NCBI GenBank assembly: GCA_963749495.1
Contig: CAVVMW010000021.1
Location: 736,001 to 800,000 of the forward strand
Source: an uncultured bacterium
GTDB taxonomy: Bacteria > Verrucomicrobiota > Verrucomicrobiia > Limisphaerales > UBA8199
Reading direction: 5' to 3'
Length of the DNA stretch: 64,000 nt
Shown here: piece after piece, positions 30,575 through 40,559 of the stretch
How positions within the stretch are numbered: the first letter of the stretch is position 1
Layout: every line of letters begins with the position of its first letter
Translations under genes and position numbers: made by a program
The notes under the pieces: model-generated
What the model was told of the DNA's origin: nothing
The model's database searches: none
The model's input: only the letters and a program-made list of their open reading frames with translations

Positions 30575-31834
30575 ATGAACTCTAATAATCCCTATTCATT
30601 TCCCCGCGATTGCACCCCCGCCAACCACGGTTGCGGGCTGACGCGGCGCCAATGGCTGGTCCGCGGGGCCGGGTTGGCAGGCTTATGGGCATTGGGCGAT
30701 TGGCGCAGCCTGCTGCGCGCCGAGGACGCGCCCGTGGCCGCGCACATGCCCAAGCGGGCACAAAAGGCACCGAGCCTGCCCGTGGCGATTCAGCGGTGCG
30801 AATCTTACGAACCGGCCTTGGTTCGTCAAAAACTCGATGCGGCCCTGGCCAGCATTGGAGGCCTCGGTCCTCTGGTGCATGACAAGACCGTGACCATGAA
30901 AATCAACATGACCGGTCCGGCCCGCCAAGTGGGCGGGCTGCCTGCCTCGCGAACGTATCACGTGCATCCGAATGTCGTGGCGGCGGTCTGTGCCGCGTTG
31001 GATCGGGCGGGCGCGCGCCGCATCGCAATTGTCGAAGCGTGGTATCACCACGAACCGGTTGAGACCGTGCTCACGGATGCCGGCTGGGACCTCCAGGCCA
31101 TCCAGTCCGCCGGCGGCCATAAGGTCGTGTTCGAAAACACGAGGAATCGCGGGCATTGGGGCGGCTACACCCAGCTTAAGGTGCCTTGGGGCGGCTATCT
31201 GTTTCCGGCCTTTGAACTCAACCGTTGGTACGCCCAAACCGACGTGTTTGTTTCCTTGGCCAAGATGAAGGACCACGCTGTCGCCGGTGTGACCATGTCA
31301 GTCAAGAATCTTTTCGGGATCACCCCGACGGCCCTTTATGGCGACGATGCGCCCAACGAAGACAGCGTCGAGGCGCGCGGGGCGCCGCTCCACATGAATC
31401 AGCGGCCGTTGCCCGCCGGTGTGCCGGCTCAGCTCGGCCCGAACCCGCCCAATGCTCCCGGTTCGCGCGTCCCCCGAATTGTCGCGGACCTGCTCGGCGC
31501 GCGGCCGGTGGATCTCGCGATTATCAACGGGGTGGAGACCCAAAAGGGCGGCGAGGGGTTCTGGAACGAGGGCATTCGACCCGTCCAACCGAAGCTGCTT
31601 TTCGCCGGACGCAACGCGGTCTGCACCGATGCGGTTTGCGCCGCGGCGATGGGATACGACCCGATGGCCGGTCACGGGCACTTTCCGTTTCCAGGGGAGA
31701 ACCACCTCACGTGGGCGGCCGAGGCAGGTGTCGGGACTCATGACCCCGCCCGCATCGAAGTCGTCGGCCTCAGCCTCAAGGAGGCACGCTATCCGTTCCA
31801 GGTGCTCCCGGCGAATTCAGGCAAACCGTCCTGA
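30575..31834 (+). CDS. Tat-exported DUF362 domain protein
   Basis: Tat motif 'TRRQWL'; 'KTVTMKIN', 'HPNVVAAV', 'DVFVSLAKMKDHAVAGVTMSVKNLFG', 'NAVCTDAVCAAAMGYDP'. Confidence 0.88.
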   Translation: MNSNNPYSFPRDCTPANHGCGLTRRQWLVRGAGLAGLWALGDWRSLLRAEDAPVAAHMPKRAQKAPSLPVAIQRCESYEPALVRQKLDAALASIGGLGPLVHDKTVTMKINMTGPARQVGGLPASRTYHVHPNVVAAVCAALDRAGARRIAIVEAWYHHEPVETVLTDAGWDLQAIQSAGGHKVVFENTRNRGHWGGYTQLKVPWGGYLFPAFELNRWYAQTDVFVSLAKMKDHAVAGVTMSVKNLFGITPTALYGDDAPNEDSVEARGAPLHMNQRPLPAGVPAQLGPNPPNAPGSRVPRIVADLLGARPVDLAIINGVETQKGGEGFWNEGIRPVQPKLLFAGRNAVCTDAVCAAAMGYDPMAGHGHFPFPGENHLTWAAEAGVGTHDPARIEVVGLSLKEARYPFQVLPANSGKPS

Positions 31835-32041
31835 AGCCTTGGCGCTGAGTGTGACCACGACCGGCCGGCCTTCGGACACTTCCATGAAATCGGCCACGAC
31901 TTCATCCAGGAGCTTGAAGTTCCAGGAGGTCACGTCATCCGTCTTAAATGTTCTGGCGCCATGGATGCTACGTTAACGCGGAATCCTGATTTCTCAAAAG
32001 TCTTTTTAAGGCGCGTGTTCCCCACACCGCCGCTGCGCAGG

Positions 32042-34798
32042 TCACCGCTCTAACCGGTAAAACTTCGACTTACCCGTCGGGGTGGCATCAACCACGTTTG
32101 CGGAACCCTGCACCACCACCGTCGCCGAAGAGTTGGTCCAGCCGCTCGGCAGAGCGGAGGTCTCCTGCAACACGAAGCCCGTGGCGGACACCGGCCAGGC
32201 GATGATAGCTTTGCCGGCCGACAGACTGACGGAAAGCGCGGGTGGCGGCTGCAAAATGACGCTCAAATAATTAGTCACCGGCGGCAATTGCAGATAGACA
32301 CGGTTGCTATTCAAGTTCAATGACGCCACGCTTAAAGGGCCATCGGGCGAGACAATCGTGGCCATAAGGGTCAGGCCATTCGTCAGCCAAGCCGGGCAAG
32401 CCAGATCCACCTCCATCGCCGGCGTGCTCGTGATGGCATAAGGAGGGTTGACACCGACGTTGAAGTTGTTCAAGTCCACGAACGTCTTGCGGGCCGAAGG
32501 ATTCTGATACAGGGTCAACCCCACGGTCACCGCCGCGTTGGATGAGGCCAGCACCGGTTGGAGGTGGAGAAACGCATAGGCCTTGGCGAGGGCTGTGCCA
32601 AAAGTGGCGAGTTGCGCCGCCCGATCCGCAGCGGTGGCATTGTAATACACATAGCCCATGTTGTTGCCGTAGTAATAGACCGCGCCCGAGCCGAGGAAAT
32701 TGGTCCGCAGGGCCGGCGGCACGCTGAAACTCGCGACCCCGGTCAGCGGGGCCAGAACGAGCGGGTTGGCCGGGGCGAAGTTGCCGCTCTCGCCAAGGAG
32801 CGAGCCGCTGTCGCCTGTGACGACCAGGCAGCCGCCGCTGGCTACCCAGCTTTGGAGCGTGGCCACATCGGCCGGTTCAAAGGCCTCGGCATTGGGGATG
32901 ATCAGCACCTTGAGAGCTTGCAGCAGGCCGCTCTCGTTCAGTTTCCACTCCGGCACGATGCGGTATTGATAGTGCAGCTCGCTCAGGGCCGTGCCCCAAC
33001 CCCAGACGGCGTATTGATGATACTGTTGGGCAAAATTCATAGCATCTCCCGGCAACATCATGGCATTGATTGTAGAGGTTGACAGATAGATGCCGACTTC
33101 CTCGACCGGCACCCGGTTGGCGAAGGCCGGGGCCGCGCTCCGCGCGACGAAGGTCATGAAATCCCTCTGCATTTGCGGCGTTCCGCAAAGCTCGGTGTCC
33201 CCGTCAATAAAATGGGGCGTGGTGTGGGCCGCAAGCATTTCATAGAATAGCGCCAGCGCCGGCCCGGAGTTGGTTAACACGCCGGCGTATCCGTCGTTGT
33301 AGAGCCAGACGTTGACGAAGTGGCTGCGGCCTTGTTCCCGAATTGCTTTATAGACCGGGGACAGGCGCGCAAAGGGCGGCAGGCCAAAGCCGCGCGCGCC
33401 GGCGGTGATGTTCCAGTTCAGACTCAGTTCCGTGCTCGCCAGGTCAAGCGTTCCGCGCGCCCATCCTCCGCTGCTGGGGAGTTGGTCATTGACCAACAGC
33501 GCGAAATCCGTCCGGCCGGCTTGGGCAGCGGCGGCGTGGACGATCCGGTCGTAATCGGCCAGGGCGGCAGAAGCGTTTCGCCGCCGGAAGATCTTGAAGG
33601 CGGACCAAAGGGAATTGCTCAGCCATCCGGGCTGAAGCCAAGCCGGGGAGGCAAGATCCGCGCCTTTCAAATCATACCGATTGGATGCCACCGTCAGGAG
33701 ATAGGCGCGGACATCGAAATTAGTGATGGCCGCTGGCGGCGCATTGGTGGCAAGCACTCCCCAACTCGCGAGTTGATTAGCGGTGAAGTTATTGGTGAGA
33801 TACTGTTGGAAGAGGGCAACGCTCCAGTCGCCAAAGGCGCAGGACACGGGCCCACGCGCCATGAAGCTGTCCCAGCCGCTGAAATTGTCCGTCCAGCTCC
33901 CTTGCACGCCGGTCAATTTCACAGCGGCAAGCGTTTCGGCGAAGGCGTAATTGGTCCAGCAAGGGCACGCGGCATCCTTGCCAAGCAGCACTTCACCCGT
34001 GTAGGCACCGGCTCCGGGAATCCAGAGCTCGCCCGCGTGGGGTTGGCCGGCGGCGCTGGCGAGGGGATTGTAACCGTAGTCCGCATCACCCAGCACGCTC
34101 CCGTAGATGGTTTTGGACCCGCCGGCATCATACACGCGACTATCGCTGGGGTTGGCCGCGTTGGTGTCATGGTTCAGGAACCCGGTGGCCATCGTGCCAT
34201 CGGGATAGAGCATCGGCCCGCCGCCGTAGATGGGATTCATCCGGGTGTAGGGGCGCGCAAAATAGCTGAGCTCGCTTTTATTGGCGGGCAGGTCATTGGT
34301 GAAACTGTCAAACCAGGTCCAGGCGCCCGCCCAGACAATGGTCCCGCCGCCATAGTTCTCCCAGTTCCAGAAGTGATGCAGGGTCGTCCAGCGCGGTAAC
34401 GATGGATTCCACTGCAACTCGGCAATTGGGTTTGCGGCCTGGCCATAGGCCTCGTTGTAGCTGAGGCTGACAATGCCCGCCGCCTTGAAACTGGCACACG
34501 TGTTCGAGGCGGCCGCGCCGTCGTCGTTGCCGTAGGCAAACCACAAGCCCCAGCTCGGGTTGGTCCCCACCCCGTTGATGACGGCGTTTGCACCGTAGGC
34601 CTGGGCCACGCTCAGGGAGGAAGTTTGCACCACCAGGGGAAAATTGTCCCACCACACCTGCGAAGAGGCCGGAGTGGACAGGACAGCCACCAGGGCGAAC
34701 AGGGCGCAACCAGCCCGCCGACGATCGGAGCGTCGAGCAAAGCGATCTTTGCCCCTCGGCGCCGCCTTGGAGATTGAGCTCCCGGGAGGTGTTTGCAC
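32042..34798 (-). CDS. Large secreted protein, putative glycoside hydrolase with beta-galactosidase-trimerisation (GATase-like) domain and C-terminal FYR domain
   Basis: Signal peptide; 'WTDNF' TIM-barrel-like region; 'LKVLIIPNAEAF...LQSWVASGGCLVVTG'; ends 'KFYRLER'. Confidence 0.6.
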   Translation of the reverse strand: MQTPPGSSISKAAPRGKDRFARRSDRRRAGCALFALVAVLSTPASSQVWWDNFPLVVQTSSLSVAQAYGANAVINGVGTNPSWGLWFAYGNDDGAAASNTCASFKAAGIVSLSYNEAYGQAANPIAELQWNPSLPRWTTLHHFWNWENYGGGTIVWAGAWTWFDSFTNDLPANKSELSYFARPYTRMNPIYGGGPMLYPDGTMATGFLNHDTNAANPSDSRVYDAGGSKTIYGSVLGDADYGYNPLASAAGQPHAGELWIPGAGAYTGEVLLGKDAACPCWTNYAFAETLAAVKLTGVQGSWTDNFSGWDSFMARGPVSCAFGDWSVALFQQYLTNNFTANQLASWGVLATNAPPAAITNFDVRAYLLTVASNRYDLKGADLASPAWLQPGWLSNSLWSAFKIFRRRNASAALADYDRIVHAAAAQAGRTDFALLVNDQLPSSGGWARGTLDLASTELSLNWNITAGARGFGLPPFARLSPVYKAIREQGRSHFVNVWLYNDGYAGVLTNSGPALALFYEMLAAHTTPHFIDGDTELCGTPQMQRDFMTFVARSAAPAFANRVPVEEVGIYLSTSTINAMMLPGDAMNFAQQYHQYAVWGWGTALSELHYQYRIVPEWKLNESGLLQALKVLIIPNAEAFEPADVATLQSWVASGGCLVVTGDSGSLLGESGNFAPANPLVLAPLTGVASFSVPPALRTNFLGSGAVYYYGNNMGYVYYNATAADRAAQLATFGTALAKAYAFLHLQPVLASSNAAVTVGLTLYQNPSARKTFVDLNNFNVGVNPPYAITSTPAMEVDLACPAWLTNGLTLMATIVSPDGPLSVASLNLNSNRVYLQLPPVTNYLSVILQPPPALSVSLSAGKAIIAWPVSATGFVLQETSALPSGWTNSSATVVVQGSANVVDATPTGKSKFYRLER

Positions 34799-34858
34799 GT
34801 CCGGTTACTTGTGAACCGAGGTCTAAGGCCCGTGTTTCCCACACCGCCGCTGCGCAGG

Positions 34859-37399
34859 TCACTGCTTCAACCGGTAGAACTTCATGTCCGTCGGAGTGAC
34901 ATTAACCATGTTTTGGGAACCCTGCACCGTCACCGTCGCCGCCGAGTTGGTCCAGCCGCCCGGCAGGGCGGAGGTCTCCTGCAAGACGAAGCCCGTGGCG
35001 AACGCCGGCCAAGTGATGATCACCATGCCGGCCGACTGGCTGACGGAAAGCTTAGGTGGCGGCGGAAGCTGCAACCCCGGCACCAGATGAATGTTGTCAA
35101 GCAAAATGGTCGTATCGCCCACGTTATGGGTGGTAAACACCAACAGGTTGCTCGACGCATCGTTGGTGAACGTCAAGTACTGCGTGAAGTAGGGATTGTT
35201 GTCGCCCACCGAGTTGACCGTTTGGCCCGTGAGCAAGGGTATGTCACCAAAGGCAACGTCGTAGGTGAGCACGGAGCCGGCCGGGGCAAGGCGCCCGTTC
35301 ACGCCATAGATGAGCGTATAGGCCTTGCCCACCGTCAGACCGCTGATAAGAGCGCTGGCCGTGCCTTCATGCCACATGTAAAGCACTTCACCCTGGTCCG
35401 GCGCCCTGCCGTTGTCCCCGAAGGTATCACCAGGGCTGAAATTCACGCCATTTCCGCCCGTCACACTCCAGCCAGCCATCGCCCCTGGGTAAGAGGTCGG
35501 ACTGGGTTCGCCACCGGCCTCAAAGCTCGGGTTTTCGATAATGATCTCGTTCGAACCGCGCTGCACCATGCTCACGGCGTCCAGCAGCAAGGCCGGGGTG
35601 GTGTTCGGGAGGGTCGGGGTGGTGGAGAACTCCAGCAGCTCCGACGCGTTGGTGGGTGTGAAGACGATATTCGTGAAATAGAACGGGACGTCTCCGACAG
35701 AGGAGCCGACGGCGGCAATGTTGTTGATCGTGGCCAGGACGTTGCCGCCAAGCGTTACCTTCAGATTGACGGCGCCGCCGGCAGAGGCGCTGGCGTTGTA
35801 GCGGAATTGGAGCCAATAATTGGTTCCCGGACTCAGGCCGTAGATCTGCTGGGAGAGCGTGGTCGTTCCCTCCAGGACAGCCACCTGGACCTGGTCGGGA
35901 ATGATGCCATTATCCAAAAAGGGGCCGGAGGAGCCGTCAACTTCGGAGCCGCCAGTCCAAGAGGTGATCGGGGTGACGCCGGGATCTGATTCTTCAAAGC
36001 TTGGGTTGAGCACGAAAGAGGTGAAAACCGTCACGGTCGGAACCTGGACCACGTCCAAGTTGGCGGTGGCCGAAGCCCTGAGCCCGACGAGCCCCTGCCC
36101 ACGCCCACGATCTGGAAGGATTGGACATTGGCAGCCCCTTGAGCAAAATGCAGCGTCAGAACTCCGTTGGAGTCCCCGCCGACGATCCCGACTACGCCGG
36201 GATTGGGCGAGCTCGATTTGGATGTCGGCCGCTGAACTGGCGAGAAAGGCCGGGGGCACCGTCACCTGGACCTGGCCGATCTGGGTGGCGGCCAATTGGA
36301 TCGCCGTTGGCGCGAAGGTGAGCGGGAAGTGCTGCACCACCTGGCCCACCAGCCGGACATCGTCCAACAACAGAGTACCCCCGGCTGTGGTTTGGGCAAA
36401 GGAGATCACCGCATTGGTGCCGGCGGGGGTGAACGTCACGGTCTTGGTGTGGTATGGATTGGAGCCGCCGACCGGGGCGACATCTTCGTCATCGATGACC
36501 GTGCCTGCGGCTTTGACTTGCAGATGCGCCATCGTGCCCGGCGCACTCTGGGCGTTGTAGGCGAAACTCAACTGGCAGGGGGTGTTGGGCACAAGGCTCG
36601 AGACGGTTTGGCTCAACGAGCCGGGTCCGGCAATGAACCCAACCAAGTCCTGGTCCGGAATTGCCCCGTTGTCGGCGTACACGCCGCCAGGGAGGCTGAT
36701 CCCGTAAGTGCCGGATTGGTTGGTGTCCCAGGTCCAACCCGCCAAGGCCGCGGGCTTAATGATCTCGCCGGAGTCGGCGGACGGGGGGTTGCCGGTCACG
36801 TCGGTCGGCGGTCCGCTAGCCTCAAAGCTGGGGTTCATAATGACCACATTGCCGGCATCGCGCTGGACTATGTTCACGCCATCAAAGAGAGCAGACGCGT
36901 CGCCGCTGACGGTCGTCTGGAAGGTCAGGGTGCCGGTGTCGTTGGTGGGGGTGAAGGCCATGTTCGCGAAGTTGAAGCCGCTGGTCGCGAGCTGGACGTC
37001 ATTAATCGCGCCGATCGGGACACCCCCGAAGCGGACCTGCATCACCATCGTCCCGCCGCAGCAGTTGCGGCCCTCGTACCAAAACTGGAGCCAATACTGT
37101 TTGCCGGGCGTCAACCCGCTGATGTCCTGCGACAGGGTTCCGTCGTGCCAGATAAACGCAAACCGGTCGCGGTCCGCGATGAGCGTGCCCGGGTTGTAGA
37201 ACGGATCGCCTGCCTGGTTCACCCCCCAACTGCCCGTGATGGTCCAACCGTCCGGCGTAATGCCGCCGTTGTTGCTTGTGGTGTAGTTGTCTTCGAAGCT
37301 CGGGTTCGACACGAAGGCAGCCCAAAGTGGGCGGGCGGCCAGGGCGAGCATCGTGATCAGCAGAATTCGCAGAATTCCTGCCATTTTCTCATTCTTCAT
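34859..37399 (-). CDS. Secreted protein with four DUF642/galactose-binding-like 'NPSFE' repeats and C-terminal FYR domain
   Basis: Start ATG 37399; four 'NPSFE...LSQ.I.GL.PG..Y.L.F.Y...LLDxV' modules; compensating frameshifts at ~36090-36215. Confidence 0.7.
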   Translation of the reverse strand: MKNEKMAGILRILLITMLALAARPLWAAFVSNPSFEDNYTTSNNGGITPDGWTITGSWGVNQAGDPFYNPGTLIADRDRFAFIWHDGTLSQDISGLTPGKQYWLQFWYEGRNCCGGTMVMQVRFGGVPIGAINDVQLATSGFNFANMAFTPTNDTGTLTFQTTVSGDASALFDGVNIVQRDAGNVVIMNPSFEASGPPTDVTGNPPSADSGEIIKPAALAGWTWDTNQSGTYGISLPGGVYADNGAIPDQDLVGFIAGPGSLSQTVSSLVPNTPCQLSFAYNAQSAPGTMAHLQVKAAGTVIDDEDVAPVGGSNPYHTKTVTFTPAGTNAVISFAQTTAGGTLLLDDVRLVGQVVQHFPLTFAPTAIQLAATQIGQVQVTVPPAFLASSAADIQIELAQSRRSRDRRRGLQRSSDAAFCSRGCQCPILPDRGRGQGLVGLRASATANLDVVQVPTVTVFTSFVLNPSFEESDPGVTPITSWTGGSEVDGSSGPFLDNGIIPDQVQVAVLEGTTTLSQQIYGLSPGTNYWLQFRYNASASAGGAVNLKVTLGGNVLATINNIAAVGSSVGDVPFYFTNIVFTPTNASELLEFSTTPTLPNTTPALLLDAVSMVQRGSNEIIIENPSFEAGGEPSPTSYPGAMAGWSVTGGNGVNFSPGDTFGDNGRAPDQGEVLYMWHEGTASALISGLTVGKAYTLIYGVNGRLAPAGSVLTYDVAFGDIPLLTGQTVNSVGDNNPYFTQYLTFTNDASSNLLVFTTHNVGDTTILLDNIHLVPGLQLPPPPKLSVSQSAGMVIITWPAFATGFVLQETSALPGGWTNSAATVTVQGSQNMVNVTPTDMKFYRLKQ

Positions 37400-37587
37400 A
37401 GGCGGCTCTCTCTTGAGGGATTTGCTCCCATTGACGGATTCGATTCCAGCATTTGAAGGTCTATCGCAAAAACCTTGGGCGATTTTGGATGAACTTCCGG
37501 TCTTTGCAAGCTTTCCTTCCAAGAGATTTTCGGGAACGACCTCGGTCAAGGAGAAAGGCCCCGGCGGCCGAGGTTCCACGCGTGGAT

Positions 37588-37818
37588 TCAATTCCATCGT
37601 GCTTTGTAGAGGTGCTCGCCACGGCGCTGGAGCTCGCCCTCGGGCTCGATGAAGATCACACTCGCGATCTCCTTTTCCGACTGGGACAGGTCGAAGAGGA
37701 CGAGGCGGTTCCCGTCGGCTCCCGCCACCACCACTCGGTTGCGGGGGAGCAGCTCGGCGCAGTGGGCGTCTTCGACCGACGCCCAGAAAAGAACTCGGCC
37801 GCCGGCACGCTCAACCAA
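37588..37818 (-). pseudogene. DUF6528-like beta-propeller fragment with internal deletion
   Basis: 'GRVLFWASVEDAHCAELLPRNRVVVAG..GNRLVLFDL' joined to C-terminal 'HLYKARWN'. Confidence 0.45.
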
Positions 37819-38151
37819 GGCTGGGAATAAACCGTGCCGCCCCTATCGCGCAATCAGGGTCTGGCGCGCCTGGTCTGCGCCCACCGCAAGCCCTCCATTC
37901 CTGCACACTCAGTTTCGCGCCGCCGAGCAATTGGTCAAACCACTCCGGAATTGCTGCCTCGTTCCAGTTCCAACGGAGCGAATCTCGTTTCCACCTGAAA
38001 ACCGTTAAGCATGGCCCAACCCAAATAGACAGGCCGGTCGCAGGTTCGTGTTGCCAGAGGGTCCAAACCCGCGAGGAAAATGCCACCGCAATGAAATGGG
38101 GCTGCCCCAATGCCGGCCAGTCCCCTCCCGGGTTCGCTGAGCGGCTGTGTT

Positions 38152-38322
38152 TTCCGCGTATTCCGCGTATTCCGCGGTTGCCCTCAGTCGCCATAGCTGT
38201 ATCGGCCCCGCTCGGCCACGATGCGCTCAAGTTGGATGGTAAATAAGATTGGTTTTCATGGCCGGCGAGGCTAGCAAAGCTCCCAAGAAGAATGAACCGC
38301 GGAATACGCGGAATACGCGGAA
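38152..38322. repeat. Perfect 28-bp inverted REP-like repeat
   Basis: ttccgcgtattccgcgtattccgcggtt (38152-38179) / aaccgcggaatacgcggaatacgcggaa (38295-38322). Confidence 0.8.
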
Positions 38323-38342
38323 GAAAATGAACAAGTCTAACG

Positions 38343-38364
38343 GTTACTATTTTGTCCCGCACCC
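38343..38364. mobile_element. Orphan ISKra4-type terminal inverted repeat
   Basis: gttactattttgtcccgcaccc closely matches both ends of the IS at 27137-28970. Confidence 0.7.
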
Positions 38365-38489
38365 CCGCCAACCGAGGCCCGCAACTAAAGCTTGTCATCA
38401 CAATTTCGTTCTGCTAAGCTCCCGGCGTTTCCTGGGCCCGGAGGTTGGGAGCAACGTGGATGAGCTGTCGCAACTCAGAAGATCAACCG

Positions 38490-38712
38490 GTGAATCTCGC
38501 TTTGAATGAAGCGGATACGTGCCGGAGGTTTGTCGTGCCCAAGCTTCAGGCAGCGGGCTGGGATGACGAACCCCACTCCATCGCAGAACAGCGCGCGTTC
38601 ACTGACGGCCGCATCGTCGTCCACGGGAATCGTGCCACCCGGCGCAGGGGAAAACGCGCGGATTATCTCCTCCGCTACACGCGGGATTTCCTGCTCGCGG
38701 TCGTTGAGGCAA
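38490..38712 (+). pseudogene. hsdR: Type I restriction HsdR (EcoEI-like) N-terminal fragment
   Basis: 'NEADTCRRFVVPKLQAAGW...FTDGRIVV.G....RGKRADYLLRY..LAVVEA' truncated. Confidence 0.8.
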
Positions 38713-38859
38713 ACCGACCAACGCATGCGCATGGAGCTCGATCGCTTCAAAGAGTACAGTGACGGCCCCTCGCCGGGATCAAGGCGGTGGTCGGGCGAGT
38801 CTCCCTCCGAATCCAGCGCCTTCGCCTGTGTCTTGGCCGCCATGGTTTTTAGCCTGTTT

Positions 38860-39055
38860 TCAGGCGTCGCTACGCGACGCGGTTGAGCTTGGGCCAGAGG
38901 TCCGTGGACTGGAAGTCCACGGCTACCATCGGCCACCGCTGCGCGGTGAGCCGGCCGCAGCGGGCGCGTTGCGGAGCGACGGATGAAGGTAGCCGGGGAC
39001 CGAGGTCCACGGTTTGGGGAGTGGGAATGGTCGCGCGTTGCGTAGCGACGCCTGA
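38860..39055. repeat. REP doublet / REPIN-like nested inverted repeats
   Basis: tcaggcgtcgctacgcgacgcg / cgcgttgcgtagcgacgcctga with internal ccgtggac-tggaa-gtccacgg hairpin. Confidence 0.7.
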
Positions 39056-39302
39056 CGGCTTGGCGGCGGTGTTTAGCACCTGAGGGAGGCGAACCATTGT
39101 GTTTTCATATTGCGTTTCGGGAATGCTGCCGGAAATCCTCGCCGGCTTCAATGACAGTGTTGGCGGCCGGGAGATAATCTCGCCGCTGGGCCAAATCGCT
39201 CCGCCCGACTGCGGTCGGAAATGAATTGCCTAACCCAGGACACAATGAGACCCTGCCGCCATACTTGCCCAATCGAACAAGATGATAGAAAGGCCCTAAC
39301 CC

Positions 39303-40508
39303 ATGATGAGAACTGCATTGGCCCCCGTCGTTGTCCTCGCTCTCCTGTCCTGGAATGGCGCGGGACAGGAAACGAAAGACCCGGGGAAAGTCGAGACCGG
39401 CAAGGTCACGGCGCATTCGGGCGGCCTGCACGGCTACATCGGTTTTAGCGCGACCCGCCCTCCGGCGCGGTCCGAGTACAGCGCGGGCATGGGTTTCTAC
39501 TCCGCGGTCTGGCCGCTGATTGACCAGGCGCTGGCCGACTTTCAGATCGGCCTGGCCGGTTCCTGGATCACTCCCGACAACTCCGATAACAAAGACAAGC
39601 CGCTGGCTCCGGAGGGCACACTGGCGCGAACCTGGCGGGAACGGGGTCCGACCTGGGACAGCGTATTCCAAACCGTCGAAGGCGGCCTGGGCTACTGGGC
39701 GGGCAACCACTTCCGCTACGGGCCCCCCAAGTTCAGCATGAACGCCACGCCCCAATGCTACGACTACGAGGTCGGCTCGCCGGGATGGTCCTTTTTCTAC
39801 AGCAACGAGGCCCTGCCGGACAATCGATTGGGCATTGCCCAACTGAGCAACCGGCTGCTGATTCCCCCCGATGCGCTCCCCTTCCAGGGCAATCCCCACG
39901 GCCAGTTCTTGGGCTACACCTGGATGGCCCTGCCCTTTACGGAGCCCACGGCGGGCGACCCGCCCACGGGCGACCAGAGCTGGACCTGTTTTCTGAGTGC
40001 GGCCAACTTCAAGGGGCCCATTGCCTATTTCAACAGCAACCTCAGCCCCAATGGTCTATTTCCGCAATACTACAAACACGTTGGGGAGGAACGCATCGCA
40101 GTAGCGGCCGCGGACGTGCCTGCGGAGACGCAGTTGCCGGCGCAGGAATTCAAACTGGCAGGGCGGGGTGAGCCCTACACTTCACCGTCCACCGGCGCCT
40201 GGAGCCGCCCCGGCCCGAAGCTAGGGCCGTTCACCGTCAAACTCGCCGATGGTTCTTTGGTGACGTACTCCTGGTACCGTTTCGTGGATCAGCCGCCCTT
40301 TCAGCAATACGATTGGAGTGAGGAGAAGAAGGCGAAGTTGCAGGCCCTTGTGGAGAAGCTCCATGCGAACTGGCCGATTGACCGGGACTACATGGCGCCT
40401 CCCAGCCATGGGTCCCTGGTGACACTGGATCCGGCCCTGCTCGTGACGCCCCCAAAGGGCCTGGAGGCGGGGTATGTTCCCATCGTGACGCGTCAAACGA
40501 CTCAATAA
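39303..40508 (+). CDS. Secreted hypothetical protein (possible internal deletion near 40030)
   Basis: Signal peptide; Trp/Tyr-rich 401-aa ORF with GC3-biased codons. Confidence 0.65.
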   Translation: MMRTALAPVVVLALLSWNGAGQETKDPGKVETGKVTAHSGGLHGYIGFSATRPPARSEYSAGMGFYSAVWPLIDQALADFQIGLAGSWITPDNSDNKDKPLAPEGTLARTWRERGPTWDSVFQTVEGGLGYWAGNHFRYGPPKFSMNATPQCYDYEVGSPGWSFFYSNEALPDNRLGIAQLSNRLLIPPDALPFQGNPHGQFLGYTWMALPFTEPTAGDPPTGDQSWTCFLSAANFKGPIAYFNSNLSPNGLFPQYYKHVGEERIAVAAADVPAETQLPAQEFKLAGRGEPYTSPSTGAWSRPGPKLGPFTVKLADGSLVTYSWYRFVDQPPFQQYDWSEEKKAKLQALVEKLHANWPIDRDYMAPPSHGSLVTLDPALLVTPPKGLEAGYVPIVTRQTTQ

Positions 40509-40559
40509 TGGCGGGGGGAGCAAAACCGCTGAGTTTACCAGGCAACTCGTCACCAAATT

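Noticed and set aside
36090..36215. Arg-rich insert 'SRRSRDRRRG' in the DUF642-like protein
   Set aside because: Alternate frame reads 'SSPNPGVVGIVGGDSNGVLTLHFAQGAANVQSFQIVGVG'; compensating indels, likely sequencing error
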